From: Felis catus
Taxonomy: Eukaryota
Length of the DNA: 64,000 nucleotides
Assembly (NCBI RefSeq): GCF_018350175.1
Contig: NC_058382.1
Coordinates: 3,038,001-3,102,000 of the forward strand
Direction: 5' to 3'
Made by a program: the position numbers and the translations under genes. This document shows positions 41,378 through 57,879 of the stretch, piece by piece. Below the pieces are notes generated by a model. The model worked only from the letters and a program-made list of their open reading frames with translations. It had not been told where the DNA came from and did no database searches. The stretch's first letter is position 1, and each line of letters opens with the position of its first letter.

Positions 41378-41673
41378 ACTCCTCACCCCGAAGACCACCC
41401 TCCTGTCATCTGGACCTCAGTGGAATCACTTTGCCCCCATCCTTGGAATCCCAACAGTGGTGCAGTCCACCGGGAGTGCCACCCCCTCGGGAGGGGAGGT
41501 GGAGAGCTACCTTGCCATTGGGCCAGAGCTCCCGGAAATGCAAATGAGACTCGTGGAAGCTGGGCGGCAGTTGGCTGAGCAGAGCTGGGGGCGGGGCTCG
41601 GCCCCGGGCCACTTCAAGAGGCGGGAAGGGGAGGGGGAGGGAGTGTCACAGGCTGTGGGACCCGGACTTGCCG

Positions 41674-41679
41674 AATAAA
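41674..41679 (+). terminator. ISOC2: Probable ISOC2 polyadenylation signal
   Basis: AATAAA ~300 nt after the stop, followed by GT-rich sequence. Confidence 0.75.
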
Positions 41680-41799
41680 CATTGATGTGGCTGTGGGCCG
41701 AACCATTCTTGGATTTGGGGGGTATCCCGGGGGCGAGTGGGGGCTGCGGGTGGGGGGAAGAGGGGTCCCAGCAGGTGGGGAGGGGGAGGTGCTTCTCCC

Positions 41800-42720
41800 C
41801 TGCTCCCAGCCGGCGCGAGGCAAAGGCGAGGCTGGCCCAGCCACATCTGCGCGGACAGGAGCTGCCGGCCGGGTCGCCCGCCCCGCACGCTGCCGGCCGC
41901 CCCCCACCGGCGCGCACACGCCCAGCCGGTTGGCTCGCAGACACGCGCTCGCTCTGCCTCCCCGGCCGGCCCCCCACGCCGCCGCCCGCCGCCGCCCCCG
42001 ACTCCCCAAGGGTCCCGACTCCGGAAAGTGAGGTGAGCGCGACCGCACCCCGGTGCGGAGGGGGAAACTGAGGCACGGGGACACGGGGACGGGGAGGAAG
42101 GAAGAGGCAGGTATACGGGTGAGTGGATGAATGGCTGGGAAGGACAGACCGCTTCCTCTGAGTGCTTCCTGCTCCCCTAAGACGCAGGAGTCTGGGGATC
42201 CACATGGGGGCTCCCAGAATTCTGCAGCCCCCGTGGAGATCTGGGAGTCGGGACTCCGCGGAGCCCCCAGTCAAGGCCCCCCTGTCAAGGCTCCCCAACC
42301 CCTTGAGATTCTCAGCCCTTGGCCCCCAGCCCCCACCTCCAACCTCGGGGACCTAAGAAGGCAACCTCTGAATCCCCCAGAGACCCAGGAGTCGGAGCCC
42401 TCACCAGCCCGCCCCCACCGGGGAATCAGAGTCCGCCCCCACCCCCACCCCCGCCAATCCTGGAATCCCAGACCCCTCCCAGAAGGCCCCGTCCGCGGAA
42501 CCCGGCGTCAGAGCGCCCAGCACCCCCTCTCCCCGGGGACCGAGGAGTCCCCTCCTCCCCGCTCCTCCAGGCGCCCCCGGCCCCCGCCTTCCGGATCCAG
42601 GTGTCCCCCCTCCTCACCCCCCAGCCTGATGCCTCGCGTCTCGGAGGCCGCGCTCGCGTCGCCATGGCAACAGGAGTCTATTTTGCGCTGGGAACACACA
42701 GCTCCCGCTGCAGCGCCCCC
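41800..42720 (+). promoter_or_regulatory. SHISA7: CpG island, candidate distal SHISA7 promoter / non-coding exon ending at 42032
   Basis: CpG-dense; donor GAG|GTGAGC at 42032/42033; RFX X-box GTCGCCATGGCAAC at 42658-42671. Confidence 0.55.
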
Positions 42721-43650
42721 CCACCCCGCCCCTCCAACCTGGGCCTGAGTGAGAGTAGGGGGACCGGCGAGAGAGACCGGGGACCGGGGTGGGCTGAGGG
42801 TAGGTACACAGAGACACCCAGAGGGACAGAGATCTGTAGAAAGCAAACCTGGGAAAGAGACATAGAGACAGAGACAGAGTCAGAGAGGCAGAGAGACATG
42901 GGGATGGGGGGGGGGGGGGACACAGAGACAGGCCGGAGAGAGACAGAGACGATGGGACAAGGGGAAGAAGGGAAGTGTTGGCACACAGAAAACAGACTCC
43001 GAGAACGGGACACCGCCGGGAGGGGAGGGGGGGGGGGGACGGGAAACGAACGTGTGACAGAGACTCGGGACACAGAGAAGCGATGAGACCTGGAGAGAGA
43101 GACACAGGCTAAGAGGACCATGGCCCAGGGCAGATCCGGCTGGAGAGGAGAGGCCGCCGGCGGGCCGGTGGGAGGCGGTCCGGGAGAAGGGTGGACAGCG
43201 GAGATATCCGGAGTCAGAGAGGTGCCAGAGACAGGAAGGTGTAGGGACGGGCCGGCCGCCGGGAGCGTGCCCAGGGAGGGTCCTTGTCTCTGAGTCCTCT
43301 CCGCCTGGGCGCCCAGGACTGCGATCCCCGCCCCCCATCCGGACCCCTCCCCTTCCCCCTCCGCTCTGCTCCCCCAGCCCGAGCACCTGGACTTGAACCC
43401 ACACCCTCTCCCCTCGCCTGCTTTCCACATCCCTACCCCAGATGGACCCCTCACCTCAATCCCAGATATTCCTAGGGGAATATCATGCCCCCCGGGCCCT
43501 GCGTGCCCCCAGCGTCTCTCTCTCTCTCTCTCTCCATACCCGCCGTGCACCCTCAGCCCCCCTCCACCACCACCTCCAAACCCCTCTCCTGCCCCCAGTT
43601 CACCAGCTCAGGGCTTCTGACTTCCTGGGTCTCACCCTTCTGTGGGCTTC

Positions 43651-43704
<54 letters not shown>

Positions 43705-44397
43705 TTGTTGATCTCAGAACCCCACTTCTCTGAGTCTTTGCCCCTCCTGAGAGTATCTGTCTTCCCCCTCACTGCCCCCCCACTCTGGGTCTCTGTCCTC
43801 CTCCCTGGGTCTCTGTCCTCCCGGGGTCTCCCCCTGCTCTCACATCTCTGTGTCCCTCTCCCTGGGTCTTTCTCCTCCTCTCTCTGAGTCTCCCCCCAAA
43901 CCCCCAAGTCTCTCTCCTTGTCCTGCTCCATCTCTCTCTGCTGCCACACATCTCAGAAGGCGACTCACCTGGCCCCCACCCCAGCTGGCAGAATCTGGAG
44001 AGGGCACAGGAGCAGGGTGTGGAGTGTGGGGCACAGTGCTGTGAGGGTCCCAGGAGCCTGCTCTGGAAACCCTCCTCAAGTTGGCTCCCCAGATCTCTGT
44101 CTGGATGTCTCTCGGGTCCTAGGCGGGGGGGGGGGCTGGGGAAGGGACACAGCCAGACCTCTGGCCCTGAGCCGCTGAGCATGCATGGGGCAGAGAGGGA
44201 GGAGACTGGGGTGCAGGGAGGAGACTAGGGTGCAGGGAGGGAAGAGATTGGGGTGAGGGCCCCTTTTCTCTTCAGCTGTGGGGGGAGGAAAGTGCCTGTG
44301 TGTGTAAGGGGTGCGAGAAGGGCTGTGGGGGGGGGGGGGGGGGGGAGTTGTCACGTGCCTGCTTCCAGACTCCACCGCTGGGTGAGGGTGTGTTTGC

Positions 44398-44441
<44 letters not shown>

Positions 44442-44906
44442 CCATGAGGTTGCATGACTGTGGGCTGTGATGTGTATGGTCTTGTGTCCATGTAGAGCTG
44501 GTTTGGGCAGGTCTCTGGCTGTATTGGGAGCTATGTGTGGTCCCAGGGTGTCACAACGTCTGAGATTGTGTCCTGTGGGTGGAACGGTTGTGTGTCCTCA
44601 TGGAGCTGTGTATCTGTGTATCTGTGTGTTGGGAGGAGGCCTACAGGTGTGCCGCCAGGATGACATTGGGTGTCCTTGTGCGTTGTGTCTGGCACATGGC
44701 GTGGGTGTCCTGTGTTCTCCGTCATTGCGTGCATATCATGTTGTGTGTGTGTGTGTGTGTGTGTATGTGTGTTGTGTAAGGGAAGAATCAGTCCTCCTGT
44801 ATCCTTGTGTCTGGACAGGCCACTGTGTCCCTAGGTGTGTGTCCACTTTCCTTCCGGAGGCATAAGGCAGGGTAGGAGGTTATGGGTCCCTCCACTAACA
44901 GAAGTG

Positions 44907-44937
<31 letters not shown>

Positions 44938-46199
44938 CATTGCTGGGTTTGAGGGATGTATGCTGTGGCCCCCCTCCCCCACTCCCCAGAGTTGTCAATG
45001 GCCTGGAGTTGTGTCTCCCTGGGTATGTGCATGTGTAAGCAGTTGGAGGAGATAATGGGACTCTGTTAGCAGAGGGAAGAATTCTGTCCGTGGAGCTCAG
45101 CCGGAAGCTTGGCACAGAATGGGGACTGAGTGAGCAAACTGCTAGCCCGTTTGGTGCCTTTATGCAAATGAGACAAAGGTACCCCCTGGTCCAATGCAGC
45201 TCCCCTGCGGCTACAGTTTGGCAGGCAGATGGCACCCTCGTGTGAGTTCTAAAGGGTGCACCTTCCCCCAGATGGATGCAGCCCCATCAGCACGCCTTAA
45301 GGAGGAGAGCCTGGCTGGATTCCAGCCTCGCAACCAGAGCTCCTTGTGCAGTGCACAACCTGCCCAACCGTATGTGGCAGCCCTCAATGAATGAAGAAAT
45401 CCACATTGCTGCATGCATGTGGATTCACTGATGAAAGAGGTGTATCTGGATGCATGTCAACCCACGTTTGTCTGCATGGAATAAAGGGACCCATGCCCTA
45501 CAGGTGGCAGTGCCCTGAGCCCTGAGTTCAAAGCCTAGCTCCGATGCTTGGGCACTGTAAAGCTTAGGCAAATGATAGTCCCTCTTGGAACCTCAGTGTT
45601 TTTGTCTGAAGTGGGGGAGGGGGAGAGAGAGAGGGAAGACCCACCTCTCATACATCTTTCAACATTCATCCATGCCATAGTGCTGTGGACACAACCATGA
45701 ACAAGAAAGACCAAAAAAAAAGTCTGCCTTCATGCAGTGCATAGTCTAGTGGGCCACTGCACGTATAATGCGGCAGGTAGAGATGGCACCCATAACTAGA
45801 CAGAAAGCAGGTGCAGGGAGCAGAGTGGCTGGAGGTGCTAGTTTAGGCAGGGCAGGGAGGGACACTGAGAAGACATGTGAAGGGCACCTGAAGGAAGGAA
45901 GGGGGTGGGTCAGACCGATATCCGCAACAAGGGGGGAGGGGGGAGGGTCCCAGGCCAGAGGAACAACAAATGCACAGGCAGGAAGAAGGGACCCTCTTGG
46001 ACACGGGACCTGGAAAAGCATGAAGAAACAGGGACAGGGAGAAGGGTTTGCATTTTATTTTGGGCGTGACAGGAAGCCATTGGGCAGTTTTGACAGGGCA
46101 ACGCTTGATGTCATCTGACCTATGCTGGTGGGTTTTTCGTTTCTTAAAATTGTGGCAAGATACACATAACGTAAAGTTTACTGTTTTAACCATTAAAAA

Positions 46200-47466
46200 A
46201 AAATGTTTATGTGTTTATTTTGAGAGAGAGAGAGAGAGAGAGAGACCGTGCATGAGCAAGGGAGGGGCAGAGAGAGACAGAATCCCAAGCAGGCTCCGAG
46301 CTGTCAGTGCAGAGCCCCACTCGGGGCTCCATCTCATCAACCACGAGATCATGACCTGAGCCGAAATCAAGAGTCGGACTGAGCCACCCAGGCGCCCGAT
46401 AGTCTTTAAACTATTTTTAAGTGTACCGTTCAATGATACTTAGGACACTGGTAATGTGCCACCATTGCCACCAATTCAGAACATTTCTATCACCCCAAAG
46501 CAGCCACTCCCCATTCTTCCACTCTCCCCCAGCCCCAGGCAACCGCTAACCAGATTTCCTGGCTTTATAGATCTGACTCCTGTGGACGTTTCGTATAAGA
46601 GCAATCATACCACATATGACTGTTTGTGTCTGGCTTCTTTCATGTGCTGTTTTTCGGGTTCACCCGCGATGTAACATATCAGTGCCCCGTTCCTCGCTAA
46701 GGCAGAATAATATTTCATTGTACGCATAGACCGCGTAGATCTGTTCCTCTGTTGGTGAACGTCCGGGTGGTCTCCGCTTTGGGGGTGTTATGAATAGCGC
46801 TGCTATGAACACTCGCGCGTTAAGTTTTCGTGTGAGCGTACGTTTTCGGTTCTTCGGGCAGATGCATAGGCGTGGAATTGCCAGGTCATGTGATAACTGC
46901 TTAACTTTCGAGGAGCCACCAAACAGCTTTGCACGGTGTGAGCTAAGCCACTTCTAAGATGCCTATTAAGCAGGAAGTGGGATATTCTAGCCCAGATTCA
47001 AGGGAGGGGCCAGGGCTGGAGCTAAAAGGGAAGTTGAGGCCCCTTGCAGGAGCAGGGCAAGCTGACTGAGGCGTGGGGAGCCTCGGCTCCCATGACCCCC
47101 TCCCCAGCCCAGCCCCTACTACTTTTGGTGATAATGGTGTGGTCCCCAAACACACACCCCCCCCCCCCAGTGGAAAGGAGCAGATGAAACTGATACCTAA
47201 TGATGCTCATTCAACTCGTCCTATCCACCCTCCCATCCTCTTTTTTTTTTTAATTTATTTTTTTAATGGTTATTTATTTTTGAGAGCGAGAGAGACAGAG
47301 CACGAACAGGAGAGGGGCAGAGAGAGAGGGAGACACAGAATGTGAAGCAGGCTCCAGGCTCTGAGCCGTCAGCACACAGCCCAACACAGGGCTCCAATTC
47401 ACAAACCGTGAGATCATGACCTGAGCCAAAGTCAGCCGCTCAACCGACCGAGCCACCCAGGTGCTC
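46200..47466 (-). mobile_element. CAN-SINEs (46200-46397, 47243-47466) and old L1 remnant
   Basis: SINE heads and tails on the minus strand; intervening L1M-like 3' sequence. Confidence 0.7.
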
Positions 47467-48322
47467 CTACCCTCCCATCCTCTCATGCTGCTTTCATTTG
47501 GTCATGACTTCCTGCAAAATTTCTTCATATTTGTCCTTAACAGTTTTCAACAACCATCACCCTGGTGTATGTCTGTGCGCCCAGCCCTCTCCCGCCCCTG
47601 GAGTATAAGCCCCGTGAAGGCGGGAACGCTGTGGCTTAGTCACCGCTGCACCCTCAGGGCTCAGGACACACTGTGGAAGCATCCGTCCTGCCGTCCTGCT
47701 GCCTAGAAACGGCCCCATCTGGCCCCTCACTCTGCCGTCTCCTCCCTGGCCCTGTTCCTGGCCACCCCCTGAACTAGCGGCTGCAGTGTGCACGGTGCGC
47801 GGCACTGCAACAGACCAGGGCATTCTGAGCTCCTTACAAAGATCAACCCGGCTCATCCTTCTAACCACCCCCTGATAACCATCCTTACCCCGATTTCACA
47901 CATGGGGAGACTGAGGCACATGATCAGCTCTGCCACCCTGCGTCGCCTGCTGTCCTGAGACACTTCAGACCTACAACTGTGTGTGTGCTCCAGAGACAGA
48001 GGGAGAGGGTGGAGGAGGGAGGGAGCGAGAGAGAAGCTTGAGGCCCCTGAATTACCAGACCTAAATAAAGGAGAGAGAGGGGACTTTGAGGGCGACCGAG
48101 GACCAGCCGGTCTGAGCCAGCACTCCTCAACAGGGGCAGCTGTGACCCCAGGGGACCGCTTGGCACTGCCTGGAGGCATCTTATGTCCTCACCATGCGGA
48201 GAATGCGAACTCTCCTGGCCCCCAGTGGCACACAGGTTGGGCCCAACGTGAGCGGTGTCAGGCTGAGAAGTCCTGACCACCTGGGTCCACCTGCCTGCTC
48301 TGTAAACTCAAGTTCTCAATTC

Positions 48323-48369
<47 letters not shown>

Positions 48370-48863
48370 CACCCACACCTCTTCCTCTCACCTTCCCCAT
48401 CTCCCCCCACTCCTCCCATCCCGCCCACCCCACATCTGTGTCCATTGCCTCCCCCATCCGCACTGACCCACCACAACCTCCTCCCCCGCTCTCCACGCCC
48501 CCATATCACCCCCCCACCCCGCCCTCTTACGCTCCCCCTGCCGACGCTCGCTCGCTCCTCTCCCCGGTTTCTTCTCCCCACATCACATCTTTCCTCTGGT
48601 TTTTGCCCATCCTTTACTTCTGTGCGCCCGTCTGACATCTCCGCGGACCTTCCCAATCCCCCCCCCACCCCCCACCCCCATCGCTCGCTTTGACCCTACC
48701 GGCGTCTGCCCATTATCACGGCCATTCTCCTGCGGCGCGTCCGGGGCGTATTTCCGTTCCGCCCCCTCCCCAAATACCCCCGCGTCCACTGCCCTGGGGG
48801 GCTGCTAACTCGGCGCGCGGGCATCTCCCTCTCCACGCATCCTTTCTGTCCCCTGCGGCATGA

Positions 48864-50012
<1,149 letters not shown>

Positions 50013-50509
50013 TGAACTGGCTTTCAATCCCAGGTCAGACTGTAATGAGGATTAACTGAGTTGATTCATGTCAAGTCTGGGCACATAGTAAGCCCTCCAT
50101 AAACGCTGGCTGCCGTTATCATTAAGTGTGAGTGGTGGGGAGGGTAAGCAAGTCAAACGGGTATTTGTGGGAAGGGTATTCCAGGCTGAGGGAACAGCAC
50201 GTATAAACGTCCTGATAGAACTTGCGGGACAGCGACGGAGCCTCTGAGCCTGCGGAGCAGTGGGCGGAAGCAGGTTTATTCTAAGAGTGATGGGGGGGGG
50301 GGGGTCTGGAGGGCGCGGAGCTCAGGCACGAAGCCATCTGATGGTTCCAGAGGAGTCTTTGGGGACAGCAGGGGACCAGGGTGGAAGCGGAAGGCCCCTT
50401 AGGACACTAGCAATGAGCCAGCAATGAGAGGAGGCACTGGGGGCAGCACAGGTGGCAAGTGGTCCGCTAGGGATTTATTTTGGAAGTCCAAGATGGCTGA
50501 GGGGCATGA

Positions 50510-51157
<648 letters not shown>

Positions 51158-51724
51158 TAGCCCCACCCCCGGTGCCCAGGCCCCAACCGCGCCCCCAGCC
51201 CACCCTCCAGCCTCTTCCTGCTCTGAACCCGACCAGTTCCCGGCAAGGCTGCAGGGACCCTGCTGTGAATCAGGACCCCTCCTTGCCCTCCCGTGAACCC
51301 CCTGGGTGGGTGCCACGGACGCCACGGTGATTTCAATGTAGACATTCTCGGCCCCTGCACTTGAGAAAGCCAGTGTCAGAGCTCCTAACAGCCACACACA
51401 CAAGAAAGCACCTAACTATTGAATTAGAATGTCCTGAACACTGCCTGGGTTTGAACCCTGGCTCTGCCGCTGGCTACCTGGGACACACGATTTCACCTTT
51501 CTGGGCCTCACTTCCCCCCGCCGGCCATAAAACAAGCAGCGTCGCGGCGCTCACCGCACAGGGTTACTGCAAAGCTCAAATGAACTAACGATGGAAGGCT
51601 TAGAGCAGTGCCTCGCACAGAAAAAAGGTCCATATAAATATGAGCTGTTCTCGTATTTTATGATAAGTTCACCAGGGAGAAGTCCAGGGAGCTGTAACAG
51701 GTTAAAAAGAGTCTCGTCTGGTTT

Positions 51725-51766
51725 GAGGAGGAGGAGGAGGAGGAGGAGGAGGAGGAGGAGGAGGAG
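51725..51766 (+). repeat. (GAG)14 microsatellite in a SHISA7 intron
   Basis: Perfect trinucleotide run. Other STRs: (CA)n 7043-7082, (TC)n 43654-43701 and 48326-48366, (TG)n 44401-44439 and 61633-61680. Confidence 0.95.
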
Positions 51767-52655
51767 GAAGACTTCCCCCAGGATACCGTTTGAGCAGTGG
51801 CCTGGAGGGCGAGGGGCCTACCTGGGCAGGGCAAGGTCTGAGCCTCTGAAGCATAGTCTGTGAGGCCAGGGAGAGGGTGGGCAGACACCTCAGGAAGGAC
51901 CTGAGCACCAGGCTGAGCTGCGGAGCTCTTTGTCCTGATGGCAGTGGGAGCCATGGAGGACTTTAGAACAGGGGAGCAACAAAGTCAGAAGTGAGTGGAA
52001 GAATTTTTCTGGAACTCATGTGAAGGGGGAGAGATGAGAGGAAGAAGGTGCAGGAGGAGGCTGGGTAGTAATGCAGGCTATACAGGACAAGGCCTGAGCT
52101 GGGGTCAGAAATGTAGGGGAAGAGATGGGTTTGAATCGTAATATAAGGAAGAGACATTTGAGGTGGATCTTGAGGGATGAGTAGTTCTTCAGGCAAAGAA
52201 GGGGAGGAAGGAATTCAAGTCAGAGAGAACAGCATAATAGCATCTGCAAAGGCCCTGTGGCAGAACTGAGCTAGGCTCATTCAGGCAAGGCATCAGCTAG
52301 GGCCGAGTAACCCTCAAACACCATTCCCGGCTTAGATTTTGTCCTGTGGATGACAGTCAGCCGTGGGAAGAGACTCCAGCAGCATAGGGGCAGGGGCAGG
52401 TGTGGGTGTCAGGAGTACTACCAAGGCGGGGGGGGGGGGGTGCTGATCTGGAAGATGGGCTGGCCAAATGGCCAGGAAGCCGATTTGATGATCCAGAAGG
52501 GTGAGGAAGGTCAGAGCAGAGATTCAGGAGATAGGAGGGATCAGAGCTGGGAACCCAGAGGACATGAGTGGGAATCCTCCCATGAGACCAGGACAGCAGT
52601 GCCAGCTGGGAGTGGGTGATGGCAGTGACACCACTTCCCTTCTTGGTCCCCACAG

Positions 52656-52721
52656 ATAATCTGCACCACAACTACCTGCACCTCAACGTCAACAGCCCCA
52701 AGCACCATGCCGCCACGATGG
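52656..52721 (+). CDS. SHISA7: SHISA7 66-nt cassette exon (DNLHHNYLHLNVNSPKHHAATM)
   Basis: Pyrimidine tract + CACAG| acceptor, G|GTAGGG donor, phase 1-1, no stops. Confidence 0.75.
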
Positions 52722-53175
52722 GTAGGGACTGGGGCTGGGTTGGGGGGAGGACAAAGGCTCCTTTCCTTCCCTGGCTGTATTAAGCCTGAGCTGGGTGCCC
52801 AGGATAGAGCAGGTGTGAGATCCTGTGAGCCCTGACCTCCCAGTCCAGCCAGGTGACCAAGCTAGCCTCAGTTTCCCAGTCTCATCTCTCTCCTGCCTGG
52901 GTTTGTGGGGAAATGTGTGGAGTGGACGGCCCCTCCAGCCTCCGGCCAGGCACACAGCAGATGCTGAGCACGTGCCAGTTACCTCTCTTCCTGTGACATG
53001 ACCTGCTTCCCCAGCATTGAGCCTGTCTCCTGAGGTCGGGGGAGCAAGTATCCCTGAGGGGCCAGAATCCCTGGTTTCCACTCCCTAAGGGGCTGGGGGC
53101 TGGAACTGCTGGGTCAAAGGGAGAAGGGGCTGGGAGCCTGGACTCCTGGGTCTGAGGGAGGAGGGGCTGGACTGA

Positions 53176-53427
<252 letters not shown>

Positions 53428-53859
53428 TAGGCCTCTGAAAGTGCTTTTTAAAAATGCATATCCGTGCCCCCCTAAGATCTATTGTATTCATTAGGACTTG
53501 TATTTACAATTAACAGAAATACAACTTAAGCCAAAAACAAAAGGCAGCTACATTGGCTTGATACGGGAAAGTCTATGAATCATGAGCTTCAGGTATGGCT
53601 GGATCCAGGGGTTCAAAAGCTATCTCCAGGATTCTACATCTCTTCTTTATTTTCAGACAGATTCTTCTTTAGTGGTAGCAAAGACTGACCTGAGAAATTT
53701 CAAGATGCTATTCTGCCAGCAGAAAAGGGTCTTTCCCAATGATCCCAGCATTCCCAGGTCTAGATCGCACTGGTCCAAATTGGGTCACACGCTCATCCCT
53801 GGACCAATCACTGTGATTCTGGACATTTCTGGGTCAGTGGCAAGAGCCTTCAAACATTT

Positions 53860-55356
53860 CATTATTTTAAAAAAAATTTTTTTAACGTTTATTCATTTTT
53901 GAGAGACAGAGCACAAGCAGGGGAGGGGCAGAGAGAGGCAGAGGCATAGACTCCAAAGCGGGCTCCAGGCTCCGAGCTATCAACACAGAGCCTGACACGG
54001 GGCCTGAACCCATGACCCATGAGATCATGACCTGAGCCAAAGTCAGACATTCAACTGACTGAGTCACCCAAGCGCCCCACATTTTATTATTTTTTAAGTT
54101 TATTTATTTATTTTTGAGAAAGAGAGTGGGGGAGGGGCAGAGAGGGAGAGACAGAATCCCAAGCAGGCTCCGCACTGTTAGTGCGGAGCCCGATGTGGGG
54201 CTCAAACCCACAAACCACGAGATCATGATGCCAGCCGAGATTAAGAGTCAGACACTTAATTGACTGAGTCACTCAAGCACCCTAAGCCTTCAAACACTTT
54301 AAACTGAGAGCCAGGGGCACCTGAGTGCCTCACTCGGTTAAGCATCTGAGTTCAGCTCAGGTCATGATCTTACGGTTCCTGAGTTCAAGCCCTGAGTCTG
54401 GCTTTTGGATCCTCTGTCTCCCTCTCTCTCTGGCCCTCCACCACCCCCTCAAAAATAGACATTAAAAAAAAAAAAAGATTTAAACTGAGAGCCACATTAA
54501 GAAATGCTTTTTATATCATGACCCCTGAGACATATATAATATGTATAATTTTTAGTTACAGCAAAACTTTGAAACTTGTTATGGACATTTTCAAACATGC
54601 CCAGCATTAGAAGAGATTGTAAAATGAATCCCCATGTTCCCATCGCTCAACTCAACAATGAGCAACATTTTGTTAATCTAGACTCCCTTCAGCCCACTTT
54701 TAGCAGATTATTTTAAAACAAACCCCAGGTACTGTCACTGCATCCATCAATATTTCAATAACACAAACGTAACTGAAATAAAAATTTTAGGAACTGGTTG
54801 CTTACCCTTATTCCCCTAGTATACCGATGCCTCTTTTTAAATAACTTTTTTAAATGTTTATTTATTTTTTTAAAGTAATCTCTACACCCAGTGTGGGGCT
54901 CCAATGCACAACCCTGAGACCAAGAGTCGGATGTTTCACTGACTGAGCCAGCCAGGCGTCCCTGTGTGGATGCTTTCTGAAAATTTTCTATTCTAGTTAA
55001 TTTTAAAATGCCATTCACCCTCTACAAAACTGACTTCATAACCCACGAATAGGTCACATCTCAAAATTTGGGGTGGGGGGCGGGGGGAAGGAAATTCCTC
55101 CCCACATCTACTGGCCCACCATCTGTGTGGGGCCTAGGAATGTACGTTTGGTCACACAGCTAGCCTGATGGTTTTGACCGACTAAAATTTGAGACTCACT
55201 TAGGCAGGTGGGTGGCTCACTGGGTGGCTTAGTCGGTTGCGCGCCGACTTCGACTCAGGTCATGATCTCGCGGTCTGTGAGTTCGAGCCCCGCCTGAGGC
55301 TCTGTGCTGACAGCTCAGAGCCTGGAGCCTGCTTCAGATTCTGTGTCTCTCTTTCT
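53860..55356. mobile_element. Cluster of five CAN-SINEs in both orientations in the last SHISA7 intron
   Basis: - 53860-54078, - 54082-54282, + 54314-54478, - 54845-54962, + 55200-55356 (runs into gap); boundaries approximate. Confidence 0.82.
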
Positions 55357-55526
55357 NNNNNNNNNNNNNNNNNNNNNNNNNNNNNNNNNNNNNNNNNNNN
55401 NNNNNNNNNNNNNNNNNNNNNNNNNNNNNNNNNNNNNNNNNNNNNNNNNNNNNNNNNNNNNNNNNNNNNNNNNNNNNNNNNNNNNNNTCCACCTATGTCA
55501 CCTACCTGTGCCCAGGCTAATAATGA

Positions 55527-56294
<768 letters not shown>

Positions 56295-56429
56295 GGCCAG
56301 GCCCGGGGGCTTGGGGGCTGCGGCCTCGCGGGGGCCCCCAGCCCAGCCCGGATCCCTCAACACACTCCAGGGGCCTGGGACCCAGGATCAGCCTGTGGCC
56401 AGGGGGCTGCCTCCGAGGACACTGCTTTG

Positions 56430-57130
56430 GATGAAATCGTCACCGGAGACAAAACCTCCTTCTGGGATGTCACGGTAGATAAGATCCCTCCTCCTATGTC
56501 ACCGTTTGAGGCAAGGCCTCTTTCCCATGACGTTATCACAGAGGAAGAGCCCTGTCTGTGAGCTCATCACTAGTGAAAATGTCTGTGTTCTGTGATGTCA
56601 TCACAGGGACAAAACCTCCTCCCCATTAATCCGTCACAGAAGAATAGGCCCGCTCCTGAAGTCAACACTAGCGGCCATGTCTATGTTCCATGAAGTCATC
56701 ACAGACTTTCTTCCTGGGAGGTCACAGCAGAGGCAATGCCTTACCCTATGACATCATCCCTAGAGACAAAGATTCCTTCCTGTGAATGTCATTGCAGAGA
56801 CAAGTCTCACCCTTATGATGTCATCTCCGGCACCAAAAGGCCTCTTCTGACATCATCGCCAGGAAAATATTTTCTTCTGGAGAAGATGCCTCTGTCTATG
56901 ATGTTGTCGCTACAGACAAAGCCATCTTCCTGGGACACATCGCAAGCAAAATGCCTTGCCAACTGTGTCCTCGCTATCCATGGGACTGTCCACGACGTTG
57001 TCACAGGGACTCTGCCTCCTTCCTGTGATGCCATCTCCAGAGAAGGTGCCTTGCCCTATGACATTATCAGAGGGACCGTGCCTCTTCCCGTGATGTCATC
57101 ACCAGAGGTGACAACCTGCCCCTGGGGCAC
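56430..57130 (+). repeat. Degenerate ~33-nt tandem array A in the SHISA7 3'UTR (~20 units)
   Basis: Units such as GTGATGTCATCACAGGGACAAAACCTCCT, ATGACATCATCCCTAGAGACAAAG, GTGATGCCATCTCCAGAGAAGG. Confidence 0.75.
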
Positions 57131-57879
57131 TCCAGGATGAGGCCCCTTCTGTGGTATCACCACTGGACTCTGCCTGCTTGGAGATGATGCTGTAAGACAC
57201 CTGCACTGCTCCTGTCCTATCATGAGAAGGCAGGGCACGCCCAGAATCCATGACAACCCCCCAGGGTCACCAGAGAAAGTGCCCTGAGCTGAGACATCTG
57301 AGGGATGTTGTTGCTGCGGAGGCAACCCCACCCGGAGAGAACGGTCTGACTGTAGGTTGTTGGCCCCCGCTGAGGTTCTGTCCCGGGATTGTGATGACAT
57401 CACCACAGACACTGCCTGCTCTGGAGGGCCATCATTTGTGATGGTGTCACCGGAGTTTCTGCCTTGTCCTGCCATGACTTCTCTTGGCCACTCCTGTCCC
57501 AGACAGCAACGACATGCCCTGCAGGACTTCCACCAGACTCTCCCTCTAAAGGGTGGCTGGGCCTCAGACTCCATCCCTGTGCAGTGATGTCACCTCCTGT
57601 GTGACTCCTCAAGGACAGGACTCCCAAGGAGGCCACTCTGGCCCACCAGCCTCCCGGAGTCGTGGGACTCGCAGCGGCCCAAAAGCTGGCCTCGCTTCTT
57701 TCTGCCATAACGAGAGACATCATTGCCTCTGTCAACAAACTCCTGGATTTCTGTTGGGGGTGAGGTGGGATGGGGTTGGTTGGGGTGTGCCCACTATTGA
57801 TTTGGCTGACGATATGATCGGTGCCACAGACTTCCACCACTCATGATGGCATTGTACCTGGGGTCAAATGCTAACCATG

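Noticed and set aside
56736-57140. 134-aa ORF with 11-aa periodic YDVIS/HDVVT/CDAIS motifs (and ORF 58225-58623)
   Set aside because: Units vary from about 31 to 35 nt, so frame is not preserved; periodicity comes from the DNA repeat
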